The notes under the pieces: generated by a model | What the model saw: only the letters and a program-made list of their open reading frames with translations | What the model was told of the DNA's origin: nothing | The model's database searches: none | Translations under genes and position numbers: made by a program | NCBI GenBank assembly: GCA_044223005.1 | Contig: JBGAML010000015.1 | Location: 1 to 64,000, forward strand | Direction: 5' to 3' | DNA length: 64,000 bases | From: Candidatus Eiseniibacteriota bacterium | GTDB taxonomy: Bacteria; Eisenbacteria; RBG-16-71-46 | In this document: one piece after another, positions 19,027 to 29,482 of the stretch | How positions within the stretch are numbered: the first letter of the stretch is position 1 | How the letters are laid out: the number at the start of each line of letters is the position of its first letter

Positions 19027-21297
19027 ATGTCCCCGCGCCCACGATCTCGACCCGCTGGCGCTCATTCGCCGGCCGCTGCGTCCGCCCGCTCGTTTCGCGC
19101 GGCGGCGGGCGTGCCTGCGTTCGCTGGTCTCGCCGCGCTCGCGCTCTACCTCGCGACGCGGCATCGCGGCCTTCCGGCGGGCGATTCGGGCGAGCTGATC
19201 ACGGTGGCCGCGACGGGCGGCGTCGCGCATCCGCCGGGCTACCCGCTGTGGACGATGCTCGCGGGCGCGTGGTTGCACGCGTTCCCATTGGGATCGGTCG
19301 CCGCGCGGCTCGACGCATTCTCCGCGGTCGTCGCGGCGCTGGCCGTCGCGCTGCTCGCGGCGGCGATCCAGCGCGCGACGCGCTCGCCGATCGCGGCTCT
19401 CGTGGGCGCGGCCGCGTTCGCGATCGCGACGCCCGCGTGGAAGGTCGCGCGCGTCGCCGAGGTGTTCGCGCTCAACGCGCTCTTCGCCGCGTGCGTGCTG
19501 CTCGCGCTGGCGGGTGTCGGTGACGACCGCGACCCGGACCGCGCGCGGCGCCGCGCGCTGGCCTGCGCGCTGCTGGGCGCGCTGGCGCTCGCGCACCACC
19601 ACACGCTGCTGCTGCTGGCGCTGCCCGCCGGCGTCGCGACGTTCGTCGCGGCGCGCTCCGCCCGCGTTCCGGCGGCGCGGCTCGCGCGCGAGGGTGCGAT
19701 CGCCGTCGCGCTCGGGCTGCTGCCGCTCGCGTGGCTGCCGCTGGCGGCACGGCACGCGAACGCACGCGTCTGGGGCGAACCGGAGACGTGGCGGGGTTTC
19801 GTGGCGATGCTGCTGCGCTCGGAGTACGGCACGTTCCGGCTCGACGCCGCCGCGGCGGGCTGGCATGGCCCGGGCGACCAGGCGCTCGCGTTCCTGCGCG
19901 CCCTGCCCGCGAGCTTCGGGCTCGCCGCGATCGCGCTCGCACTCGTCGGCGCCGTGGCGGTGACGCGCCGCTCGCGCCTCGCCGCGGGCGCGATCGCCGC
20001 GTTCGCGGTGCTGCAGGCGGCGTTCTTCACCCGCGTCGGTTTTCCCTCCGACGTGCCGTGGCTCCGCGGCGTCGTCGAGCGCTTCCACGTGCTGCCGCTG
20101 CTGGTGCTCGGCTTCCTGGTGGGCGAGGGGACCGCCGCGCTGCTGCGCGCGACGCGCGGCGCCGTTCGCCTCGCCGCCGCGCTCGCGCTGCTCGCGCTCG
20201 TGCTGGCGCCGGTCGCCGCGCACCGGCGCGCTGCGGTGCCGCGCGACGACGCGTTCGTCGAGACACTCGGCCGCGGCCTGCTCGCCGCGCTGCCGCCGCG
20301 CGGGGGCGTGCTCTTCGTGCGCGGCGACGTACCGGGGAACGCCGTGTCGTACCTGCAGCAGGCCGAGGGATTGCGCCCCGAGGTGATCGTGGTCGACGAG
20401 GAACTGCTGACGTACGGCTGGTACGTGCGGCGGCTGCGCGCCCGTCACCCGGACCTGCTGCCCGACTTCATGCGCGCCGAGCGGATCCGGCTCGCCGACG
20501 GCACGCTTCGCGAGGGCGTCGCGATCGCCCGCGCCGACGGCACCACGGACCTGCTGACGGAAGCGGGCGCGAGCACGGTGCCGTCCGCGCGAGTCGTCGC
20601 GGTGGAGCCGGCTCCTGCGGAGTCGCTCTACCGCGCCACGCGCGCGAGCTTCCGGGCGCCCTGGCCGCTCGTGCTCGCGGAGGACCGGTATTCCGGCCTG
20701 CCGGCGAGCCGCAGCCTGCGCTGGTTCGACCGGCTCGACTCCGCGGGCATCGCCACGTGCGCGCTCGAGCCGAAGGACGACTCATGGCGGCTGCGCCACG
20801 AACTCGTGCCCGCGGGTTTCGCCGCGCGCGTCGTACCGCGGGGCGCAGCGGAGCCGCCGGTCCGGCAGGCGGAGGCGATCTTCACGGTGCTCGATTCGAT
20901 TTCGCTCGAGCCCTGGTTCGCGGCCACGGATCCCGCGTCGCTCGAACGCGCCGAGCGCTGGCGCTTCGCCGCGCTCGCGACGCGCGCCGCGCTGCTCGCG
21001 AGCCGCCCGGAGACGCAGGCCGTGCTGCGCGCGCACCCGCGCGGGCACGCGCACCTGCTCGAGTTCGCGCGGCGGTTCGAGCCGCTCGAACCCTCGCCCT
21101 CGCCCGCGTGCCTGCGCGCGCTCGCCTACCTGCGGCTGTTCGATCCCGAGTGGACCGATCTCGACGCCGCGCGCGACGACCTGCGTCGCTGGTTCGCGAG
21201 CGGCGACCCCGCGGCGGCGCGCGACGCCGAGGGCCGCGCGACCCTCGCGCAGCTCGAGCGAACCTCCGCGCCGGATCGTGCATCACAAGCGCGTTGA
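19027..21297 (+). CDS. DUF2723/TMEM260-like membrane glycosyltransferase-like protein
   Basis: GDSGEL...GVAHPPGYPLW, AEVFALN, AHHHT; many TM; start approximate. Confidence 0.8.
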   Translation: MSPRPRSRPAGAHSPAAASARSFRAAAGVPAFAGLAALALYLATRHRGLPAGDSGELITVAATGGVAHPPGYPLWTMLAGAWLHAFPLGSVAARLDAFSAVVAALAVALLAAAIQRATRSPIAALVGAAAFAIATPAWKVARVAEVFALNALFAACVLLALAGVGDDRDPDRARRRALACALLGALALAHHHTLLLLALPAGVATFVAARSARVPAARLAREGAIAVALGLLPLAWLPLAARHANARVWGEPETWRGFVAMLLRSEYGTFRLDAAAAGWHGPGDQALAFLRALPASFGLAAIALALVGAVAVTRRSRLAAGAIAAFAVLQAAFFTRVGFPSDVPWLRGVVERFHVLPLLVLGFLVGEGTAALLRATRGAVRLAAALALLALVLAPVAAHRRAAVPRDDAFVETLGRGLLAALPPRGGVLFVRGDVPGNAVSYLQQAEGLRPEVIVVDEELLTYGWYVRRLRARHPDLLPDFMRAERIRLADGTLREGVAIARADGTTDLLTEAGASTVPSARVVAVEPAPAESLYRATRASFRAPWPLVLAEDRYSGLPASRSLRWFDRLDSAGIATCALEPKDDSWRLRHELVPAGFAARVVPRGAAEPPVRQAEAIFTVLDSISLEPWFAATDPASLERAERWRFAALATRAALLASRPETQAVLRAHPRGHAHLLEFARRFEPLEPSPSPACLRALAYLRLFDPEWTDLDAARDDLRRWFASGDPAAARDAEGRATLAQLERTSAPDRASQAR

Positions 21298-21322
21298 CTC
21301 GTCGGCTGCTTCGGCCGATGAT
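21294..21322 (+). promoter_or_regulatory. Putative sigma70 promoter for structured RNA element
   Basis: TTGACT-N17-GATGAT. Confidence 0.45.
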
Positions 21323-21439
21323 TCCATCGTCGTTCACTCGCGCGGCAAACCGCGCGCGGTCCCCGAGGCCCGGGCAGCCGGGGGGATCGGGAGGGTTGGG
21401 TCCCTCCGTGCCGTAGGGCCCCGAAAAGGAGGTGATCCA

Positions 21440-21484
21440 TTGGACAGTTCTCGCAGTAGTTCGGTGGAGGTGGCGTCCTCGTAG
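21440..21484 (+). CDS. Putative 14-aa Ser-rich peptide MDSSRSSSVEVASS
   Basis: TTG start 7 nt after GGAGG of maximal Shine-Dalgarno; TAG stop. Confidence 0.45.
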   Translation: MDSSRSSSVEVASS

Positions 21485-21556
21485 GGACCTCCGGGTGCCG
21501 TGACGACCTGGAACCCCTCGCGGGGTCACCCAGCGTCACCGAAACCGACAGTCTCG

Positions 21557-21591
21557 GACCCCCGGCTCGCAAGAGCCGGGGGTTCTTGTTT
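21557..21591 (+). terminator. Intrinsic terminator
   Basis: GACCCCCGGCTC-GCAA-GAGCCGGGGGTT followed by CTTGTTT. Confidence 0.8.
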
Positions 21592-21674
21592 CGCTGTCGG
21601 GCATCGCCCCGGGGAGAACGGCGGGCCACCGCTCGCGGCGTGCGGCGCGAGAATGCACGACGCCGGAGGTCGTC

Positions 21675-23296
21675 GTGTTTGGCCAACGTCTCGCCGTCCA
21701 GCTCATCACCTCGATCACGCTGCTCATCGCGATCGTGGGCGGAATCGCCACGTTCCTGAACGTCCGCACCCAGGAACGCCAGATGCTGGACCAGATGATC
21801 CTCGGCGCCGACCAGCTCTCGCGCGGCATCGCCAGCGCCACCTGGCACGCCATGCTCTCGGACGATCGCCAGGCCGCCTACGAGGTCATGCGCACGATCG
21901 CGACCAAGCGCGGCGTCGACTGGATCCGCATCTTCAACAAGGAAGGCCGGATCGTCTTCTCGACGCGGCCCGAGGCCGGGCGGATGGTCGACAAGAACGC
22001 CGAGGCCTGCTTCGTGTGCCATGCGCGCGAGAAGCCGCTCGTCCGGGTGGACGTGCCCTCGCGAGCGCGCACGTTCCGCGATCCCGCGGGCGGCCGCCGG
22101 CTCGGGCTCGTGACGCCGATCTACAACGAGCCGGCGTGCAGCGCGGCGCCGTGCCACGCGCATCCCGACGACGTCGCGGTGCTCGGCATCCTCGACGTCG
22201 GGCTCGACCTCCGCGGCGTCGACGCCGAACTCGTCGGCTACAAGCGCCGCGCGGCGCTCGTGCTCGCGGGCGAGGTCGCGCTGGTCGGCGCCTTCCTGCT
22301 CTACTTCGTGCGGCGCTACGTCCAGCGGCCGATCCGCCAGCTGATCGAGGGAACGCGAGCCGTGAGCGCGATGGAGCTCGATCACCCGATCGTCGTGGAC
22401 TCGAGCCAGGAGATGGTCGATCTCGCCGCGTCGTTCAACGTCATGCGCGAGCGGCTGCAGGCGGCGCTGGACGAGATCAACGAGTCCCGCCAGCAGCTCG
22501 AATCGCGGGTGCGCGAGCGCACGGCCCAGCTCGAGGCCGCGCAGCGCAAGCTCGTGCAGACGGACCGCCTGGCGTCGCTCGGGCAGCTCGCGGCGAGCGT
22601 CGCGCACGAGATCAACAATCCGCTCTCGGGCATCCTCAACCTGTCGATGGTCGTGCAGCGGATCGTGACCGACGACGGCATCCCGCCCGCTCGCGTCGGC
22701 GAGGTGCGCGGCTACCTGTCGGACATCTCGAGCGAGACCGCACGCGCCGGCCGGATCGTCGGCGACCTGCTCGCGTTCTCGCGCCGCTCGCAGCCGCATC
22801 GCACGGACGCCGACCTCAACGCGCTGGTCGCGAAGACGATCGCCCTCGTGGACCACAAGCTGCGGCTCGAGGACGTCACGGTCGAGACGCGGCTCGGGCC
22901 CGACCTGCCGCGCGTTCCCTGCGACGCGTCGCAGGTGCAGCAGGTCGTGCTGAACCTCGTCCTCAACGCCGCCGAAGCGATCCAGGGGCGTGGCCACGTC
23001 ACGGTCACCACGCGACGCTCGCCGGCGGGAGACGGCGTACTGCTGGTCGTCGAGGACACCGGCTGCGGCATGCCGCCCGACGTGCAGGCCCGCATCTTCG
23101 ACCCGTTCTTCACCACCAAGGACGAAGGCCAGGGCGTCGGGCTCGGCCTCGCGGTGGTCTACGGCATCGTGCAGGCGCACGGCGGCGACATCGACGTCGA
23201 GAGCGCGCCGGGGCGCGGGACGCGCTTCCGGATCTCCCTGCCGCTGCTGCCGAGTCCCGCGCCGCCCGCGGCGGCGCCACCGGAAGGAACCCGCGC

Positions 23297-23300
<4 letters not shown>
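21675..23300 (+). CDS. Membrane sensor histidine kinase with periplasmic heme c-binding motifs, HAMP, HisKA, HATPase
   Basis: CFVCH and CSAAPCH between two TMs; AHEINNPL, NLVLNA, DTGCG, FFTTK, GVGLGL. Confidence 0.9.
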
Positions 23301-24673
<1,373 letters not shown>

Positions 24674-24805
24674 CACCGCCCGCGCGCCGTTCTCCGGGAT
24701 GGAGCATCCCGGATCCGTACTCCCGGCCCACACGCCCGTCGCGGGATTTCCCCGCGCCCGTTCGGGACGCGTGGTGGGAGACGGGGGACGAACGCTGGGA
24801 GCCCG

Positions 24806-24949
24806 TCAGTGCGCGTGCGGCCGGTGATGATCCGCCAGGTGCCGCACCACCGCGACGAGAAACGCCCCGATGGCGGCCAGGGACGCGATTCCGAGCGCGA
24901 CGTTGACGACGTGCAGCCAGACGAACTCCTGGTTCGCCAGGTGTTCCAT
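24806..24949 (-). CDS. Small single-TM protein with His-rich tail (47 aa)
   Basis: AGGAGG RBS; MEHLANQEFVWLHVVNVALGIASLAAIGAFLVAVVRHLADHHRPHAH. Confidence 0.7.
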   Translation of the reverse strand: MEHLANQEFVWLHVVNVALGIASLAAIGAFLVAVVRHLADHHRPHAH

Positions 24950-25031
24950 GGTCTGGACCTCCTGATCGTGGCGGGGACACGCCGTGGAAGGTGAACTGCG
25001 GGGGTTCCACCGAACCCACGCTCTCGACATC

Positions 25032-25046
25032 GCAATCCGCGTGCCT
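25032..25046 (-). promoter_or_regulatory. Sigma54 -24/-12 promoter
   Basis: Minus strand AGGCACG-CGGA-TTGC versus consensus TGGCACG-N4-TTGC. Confidence 0.7.
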
Positions 25047-25186
25047 TTCGGCCTCATCGAACGCCGTTCGGCAAGCGCGCGCACGACAGGCGTTTGCGCG
25101 ACGACGATCTCCCGCGGGGCGAGCACCCGGGCCGTACGCGTGTGGGGATTCCCGACGCCGCGTCGGCGAATCCGACGTGCCCGGCG

Positions 25187-26539
25187 TCAGCGGGCGGCGT
25201 CGCGCGCGTGCAACTCCGCGATCACCGGGCGCGCGCGCCACGCCAGCCACGCATCCTGCGCGGCGCCGCCGAGCAGCATCGCGGCGGCGGCGTACCAGAC
25301 GCCCGGGGCGCGCTGGCTCGCGACGCCCGCGCCGAGGACGGCGGCCGTGACCCCGATCAGCACGAGCACCGATTCGGTCACGCCGCGCGTGCGGCGGCTG
25401 TGGACCAGCGCGCCCTGCCACAGGCTCTGCAGCGCGGCCACCGCCGGTGTGAGCGCGAGCCAGCGCAGGCCCACCACCGCGAGCGGCACCAGCGCCGGCG
25501 GCAGCGCCGAGACGCCCGCGAACCAGCGCTCGCCGACCGGCGTGAGCGCGCACGCGAGCAGCACGCCGCTCGAGCCGGCCGCGAGCAGGAGCCCGAAGCG
25601 CCGCAGCGCCGGCCACGCCCGTGGCCGTTCGAGCTGCGACACGACGACCTCGTTGAACGCGAAGCCGACGCTGCGCAGCGTGAACGACGCGCCGCTCAAC
25701 ACGGGCCAGGTCGCGAGCGACGCGAGCGCGAGCGGCATGCGGCTCATGGCCGCCGAGCCCATCGGCATCGCGAGGAAATTGATGAGTGGCGTCACCATGA
25801 GCGGCAGGTAGAAACGCGCGAACTCGCGCATGCCGAGCGGCGGAGCCACCGCCGGCGCCGCGCGCAGCTCGCGCAACGCCGGGCGCACGGCGATCGTGGC
25901 GTACGCGGCCTCGGCGAGCACGCCGCACGCGATGCCGCTCGTGCCGACCACGATCCCGGGCCAGCCGCCGTGCGCGAGCCCGAGCGCGAACACCAGCGAC
26001 TCGGCGCCGAAGCGCACGGCCGTGCCGATCGTCACCGCGTGCGGCCGGCCGCTGCGGATGAGCACGCCCTGCTCGGTCCGCCGCAGCGCGATCGAGATCA
26101 CCCACGGCATCATGATCCGCAGGCCGAGCCGCGCCGGCTCGCGCGTCTCGGGCGGCACCGCGAGCACCGTGCCCGCGAGCAGGTCGAAGAGCGGCGTGAA
26201 CGCGACGAGTGCGTGAAAGGCGACCAGCGTCCCGGCGGTGAGGAACATGAAGCGGCGGACGAGCCGGTAGGAGGCCATGTCGCGGGCGAGTGCGGTCGAC
26301 GCGGCCAGAAGCATGATGATCGGCGACTCGATGATCAGCGCGGTCGGGAAGACCACGCCGCCATACGCCGCAAGGCTCACTTCCGCCTGGGGCAGCCGGG
26401 CCATGACCGCGGACACGAGCGGCAGTTCGAGCCCCATCAGCAGCCAGCTGCCGGCGAGTGGCCCCCAGACGGCCAGCACCTGCCGGAGTGTCAGGGGCGG
26501 GCCGGCGCCCGGGCTCGTAACGACCGTGGATTCCGCCAT
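25187..26539 (-). CDS. MATE/MOP-superfamily-like membrane transporter
   Basis: About 12 TM, two-repeat organisation (WGPLAGSWLLM / YLPLMVTPLI). Confidence 0.7.
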   Translation of the reverse strand: MAESTVVTSPGAGPPLTLRQVLAVWGPLAGSWLLMGLELPLVSAVMARLPQAEVSLAAYGGVVFPTALIIESPIIMLLAASTALARDMASYRLVRRFMFLTAGTLVAFHALVAFTPLFDLLAGTVLAVPPETREPARLGLRIMMPWVISIALRRTEQGVLIRSGRPHAVTIGTAVRFGAESLVFALGLAHGGWPGIVVGTSGIACGVLAEAAYATIAVRPALRELRAAPAVAPPLGMREFARFYLPLMVTPLINFLAMPMGSAAMSRMPLALASLATWPVLSGASFTLRSVGFAFNEVVVSQLERPRAWPALRRFGLLLAAGSSGVLLACALTPVGERWFAGVSALPPALVPLAVVGLRWLALTPAVAALQSLWQGALVHSRRTRGVTESVLVLIGVTAAVLGAGVASQRAPGVWYAAAAMLLGGAAQDAWLAWRARPVIAELHARDAAR

Positions 26540-26621
26540 GGACCGGCCACGTTAGCGACCCGGGCGGCGGGCCGCCAACTCGCTGCAGGGGCGGCCGCGA
26601 GGGGCTGGTCTCACGTCGTGC

Positions 26622-26649
26622 TCAAGGGGCCGCTTCCCAACGCCGATAC
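26622..26649 (+). promoter_or_regulatory. Putative sigma28 (FliA)-type promoter
   Basis: TCAA-N16-GCCGATAC upstream of hybrid pseudokinase. Confidence 0.55.
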
Positions 26650-26722
26650 TTCCCGCGAATTGCCGACTTCCCGGGCGCGCTCGGCGCACGGGAGTCCAAT
26701 CGCACCTTGTCGCGAGGCGACC

Positions 26723-29329
26723 ATGACCGAATCCCCGTTCCCGTCGCGTGCCGGATCGATGCCCGCGTTCGCGCCGGCCATCGGACTGCGCGAAGTCCTC
26801 GAGGCCGCGCCCGACCTGATCTTCTGTTGCGACGCCAGCGGGCGATTCGCGTGGGCGTCGTCCACGTTCGAATACTTCGCGGGCTGGCGCGCGAGCGATC
26901 TCGTCGGCCAGTCGTTCCTCGCGCTGATTCCCGCCGAGGACCGCCCGCGGGTCGTGCGTCACTTCCTGCGCCAGCTGCGCCGCGGACGTCCGCAGTCGGT
27001 CGGCGACTTCGTCCTCATGCGCAAGGACGGCACTCGCGCCGAGATCACCGCGCGCGTGCGCCTCTACGAACGCCCGGACGGCGACCGCTATTTCGTCGGT
27101 GTCGCGCGTGAGCGCCAGGTGGCCGCGGTTCCCGAGCCCGCGCCCGCCCCGGCGGCTCCTCCGGCTCCGGCGCCCGCGCCCGTCGCGGTGGCGGATCTCG
27201 CGGAGCGCGCGCTGTTCGAAGCGCGCATCCAGGAACTGCAGCGGCAGCTCGACGACTCGCGCCAGGGCGAGGCCCTGAAGAGCGAAGTGCTCGCGATGCT
27301 GGGCGAGCAGCTGCGTCCGCCGATGGACGCCGTGCTCGGCGCCTCCGCGGCGCTGCTGTCGGCCAAGCTGCCCTCCGAGCACCAGCGGCTGGTCGAGGCG
27401 ATTCGCGGTGCCGGCCAGGCGCTCGTGACGCTGGTGAGCGATGCGAACGATCACGCGCAGCTGGAGTCGGGCCGTATGGAGATCGAGCGGCTCGGCTTCG
27501 ACCTGCGGCTCACGATCGAGCAGGTCTCGACGCTGATCGGCGGCATGGCCGGTCCGCGCGGGCTGCAGTTCGAGACGCGAATCGACCCCGTGGTGCCGTC
27601 GCGGCTCCTGGGCGATCCAGGCCGCCTGCGCCAGGTGCTGCTCAGCCTCGGTTCGAACGCCGTGCGCTATACCGAGCACGGCCGGATCACGTTGAGCGTG
27701 GACCGCGAGAGCGAGGACGACGCGCACGTCACGCTCTTCTTCCGCCTGAGCGAGCCGATGAGCGGCGAGGCCGCCCAGCACCGCGCGCAGATGTTCCGCG
27801 AACCGGCGCCGGGGCAGGCGCTCGCGCCCAACGGCGCGGACCTCGCGATGAGCATCTCGCGCCGGCTCGTCCACCTGATGGGCGGGCTGCAGGGCGCCGA
27901 GGCCGGCGCGGACGGCGGGACGACGTTCTGGTTCCGCGTGACCTTCGAGAAGCAGGCCGTTCCCGCCGCCGCGATGGCGCACCACGCCGACGTGCGGCTG
28001 CGCGGCATCCGCGTGCTCGTCGCCGACGGTCAGGGCGCGCAGCGCCGCGCGCACGCCGAGATGCTGCGCGCGTGGGGCTGCGTGGTCGACGAGGCGGAGA
28101 ACGGTCTCGAGGCCATGGAGGCGGTCCGCATCGCGCACGCGAACGGCGAGAGCTACCGGATCGCCTTGCTCGACATGTCGCTCGAGGGCCTCGACGGGCA
28201 CACGCTCGCCGGCGCCCTGCGGCAGGACCCGGACCTCGACCGGCTCGTGGTGGTGCTGACCACGCGGCTCGGCCGCCCCGGCGACGCGCACCGCGCGCGC
28301 GAGCACGGCATCTCCGCATATCTCGTCCTTCCCGTCGAGCCTTCGCTGCTGTTCGAGGCGCTCGCCGAGCTGATCGCGAACGGCCACGAGGCCCTGCGGC
28401 CGACGGAGCGCCCGCTCGTCACGCGCCACTCGCTCGCCGAGTCGCGCCGCTCGCGCGTCCGCATCCTGATCGTCGACGACGACGCCGTGAACCAGCTCGT
28501 CACCAAGAGCGCGCTCAACCGTGTGGGCTTCCACGCCACCGTCGCCGCGAGCGGCCGCGAGGCGATCGAGCGCACGGAAGGCGAGCGCTGGGACCTGGTG
28601 CTGATGAACCTGCAGATGCCCGATCTCGACGGCCTGAGCGCCACCACGGCGATCCGCGCCCGCGAGCGCGGCGCGTGGCGGACGCCGATCATCGGCCTGT
28701 CGACGTCGTCCGACGTGTCGCGCGAGCGCGATCGCTGCCTCGCCGCCGGCATGGACGACGTGCTGGGCAAGCCGCTCGACCTGTCCTCGCTCACCGAATC
28801 GGTGCAGCGCTGGACGCTGCACGACGATTCGCGCCCGGCCGAGGCCGAGGTGGAGGAGGACTCCGCTCCCCGCCGCCGTGGTCCCGCGCCGCTGACGGTG
28901 GTGTCGGGCCACTTCGATCCGCCCGGCGAGTCGTCCGCCGACGACCCGCTCACGACGCTCGAACTGCCCGCGGGGCCGGCGATCGATCTCGACCAGCTCA
29001 ACGTGGCGAGCATGGGCCTGCCGGCGCTGCGCACGTCGCTCCTCCACACCTACGTGGGCGACGTGCAGCCGCGGCTCTCGCGTCTCGAGGCCGCGATCGA
29101 CGCGGCCGATCTCGAGCGCGCCGAGTTCGAGGCGCACGGACTCCGCAGCATGTGCGCCACCGTGGGCGCCACCGCGTGCACCGTGGTCTTCGGCGAGCTC
29201 GAGACGCGCGCGCGCGAACGGCGCGGCCGTCACCTGCGCACGCTGCTGGCCATGGCGCGCGAACAGGTCAAGCGGTCCGAGGACTACGTCGCACGCTTCG
29301 ACCGGATCCTGGAGAGCGACGCGGCCTGA
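26723..29329 (+). CDS. Hybrid PAS-HisKA-HATPase-REC-REC-HPt protein with degenerate kinase motifs
   Basis: PAS; GDPGRLRQVL; H-box lacks His; two REC domains; HPt AHGLRS. Confidence 0.85.
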   Translation: MTESPFPSRAGSMPAFAPAIGLREVLEAAPDLIFCCDASGRFAWASSTFEYFAGWRASDLVGQSFLALIPAEDRPRVVRHFLRQLRRGRPQSVGDFVLMRKDGTRAEITARVRLYERPDGDRYFVGVARERQVAAVPEPAPAPAAPPAPAPAPVAVADLAERALFEARIQELQRQLDDSRQGEALKSEVLAMLGEQLRPPMDAVLGASAALLSAKLPSEHQRLVEAIRGAGQALVTLVSDANDHAQLESGRMEIERLGFDLRLTIEQVSTLIGGMAGPRGLQFETRIDPVVPSRLLGDPGRLRQVLLSLGSNAVRYTEHGRITLSVDRESEDDAHVTLFFRLSEPMSGEAAQHRAQMFREPAPGQALAPNGADLAMSISRRLVHLMGGLQGAEAGADGGTTFWFRVTFEKQAVPAAAMAHHADVRLRGIRVLVADGQGAQRRAHAEMLRAWGCVVDEAENGLEAMEAVRIAHANGESYRIALLDMSLEGLDGHTLAGALRQDPDLDRLVVVLTTRLGRPGDAHRAREHGISAYLVLPVEPSLLFEALAELIANGHEALRPTERPLVTRHSLAESRRSRVRILIVDDDAVNQLVTKSALNRVGFHATVAASGREAIERTEGERWDLVLMNLQMPDLDGLSATTAIRARERGAWRTPIIGLSTSSDVSRERDRCLAAGMDDVLGKPLDLSSLTESVQRWTLHDDSRPAEAEVEEDSAPRRRGPAPLTVVSGHFDPPGESSADDPLTTLELPAGPAIDLDQLNVASMGLPALRTSLLHTYVGDVQPRLSRLEAAIDAADLERAEFEAHGLRSMCATVGATACTVVFGELETRARERRGRHLRTLLAMAREQVKRSEDYVARFDRILESDAA

Positions 29330-29353
29330 TCGGCGCACGCTCGCGGCCGTATG

Positions 29354-29388
29354 CGCGGGGCCCGCACCTCACCGGTGCGGGCCCCGCG
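29354..29388 (+). terminator. 15-bp perfect hairpin after hybrid sensor gene (terminator-like, weak U-tract)
   Basis: CGCGGGGCCCGCACC-TCACC-GGTGCGGGCCCCGCG. Confidence 0.55.
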
Positions 29389-29482
29389 TCCGTTCCGCGC
29401 CGGTGAGTGTCCGCGCCGGGCGGGTCGCGTCGTGCGCCGCCCGGGCTCCCCGATCCGGCGCGCAGCGCGTAGAGTGGGCGCC

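Larger units (their letters stand above)
21329..21591 (+). ncRNA. Putative structured RNA/leader with 15-nt complement of 16S 3' end and short ORF
   Basis: Series of hairpins, AAAGGAGGTGATCCA at 21425-21439, terminator at 3' end; boundaries inferred. Confidence 0.6.

Noticed and set aside
16567..20448. 1293-aa minus-strand ORF
   Set aside because: Off-frame or antisense to hypF and the DUF2723 gene; low-complexity R/A/G
21339..21400. c-di-GMP-I riboswitch (GGCAAACC)
   Set aside because: Lacks the following GAAA tetraloop stem and GACGCAAAGC elements
21425..21439. Fragment of a 16S rRNA gene on the minus strand
   Set aside because: Match is limited to 15 nt; flanks do not continue as 16S helix 45 or ITS
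21329..21591. tmRNA, SRP RNA or RNase P RNA
   Set aside because: No tRNA-like ends with TTCGA/CCA, no SRP GGAA domain IV motif, no GAGGAAAGTCC
25094..26722. N-terminal extension of the 1411-aa ORF
   Set aside because: Antisense to the MATE-like gene; the sensor starts near 26723
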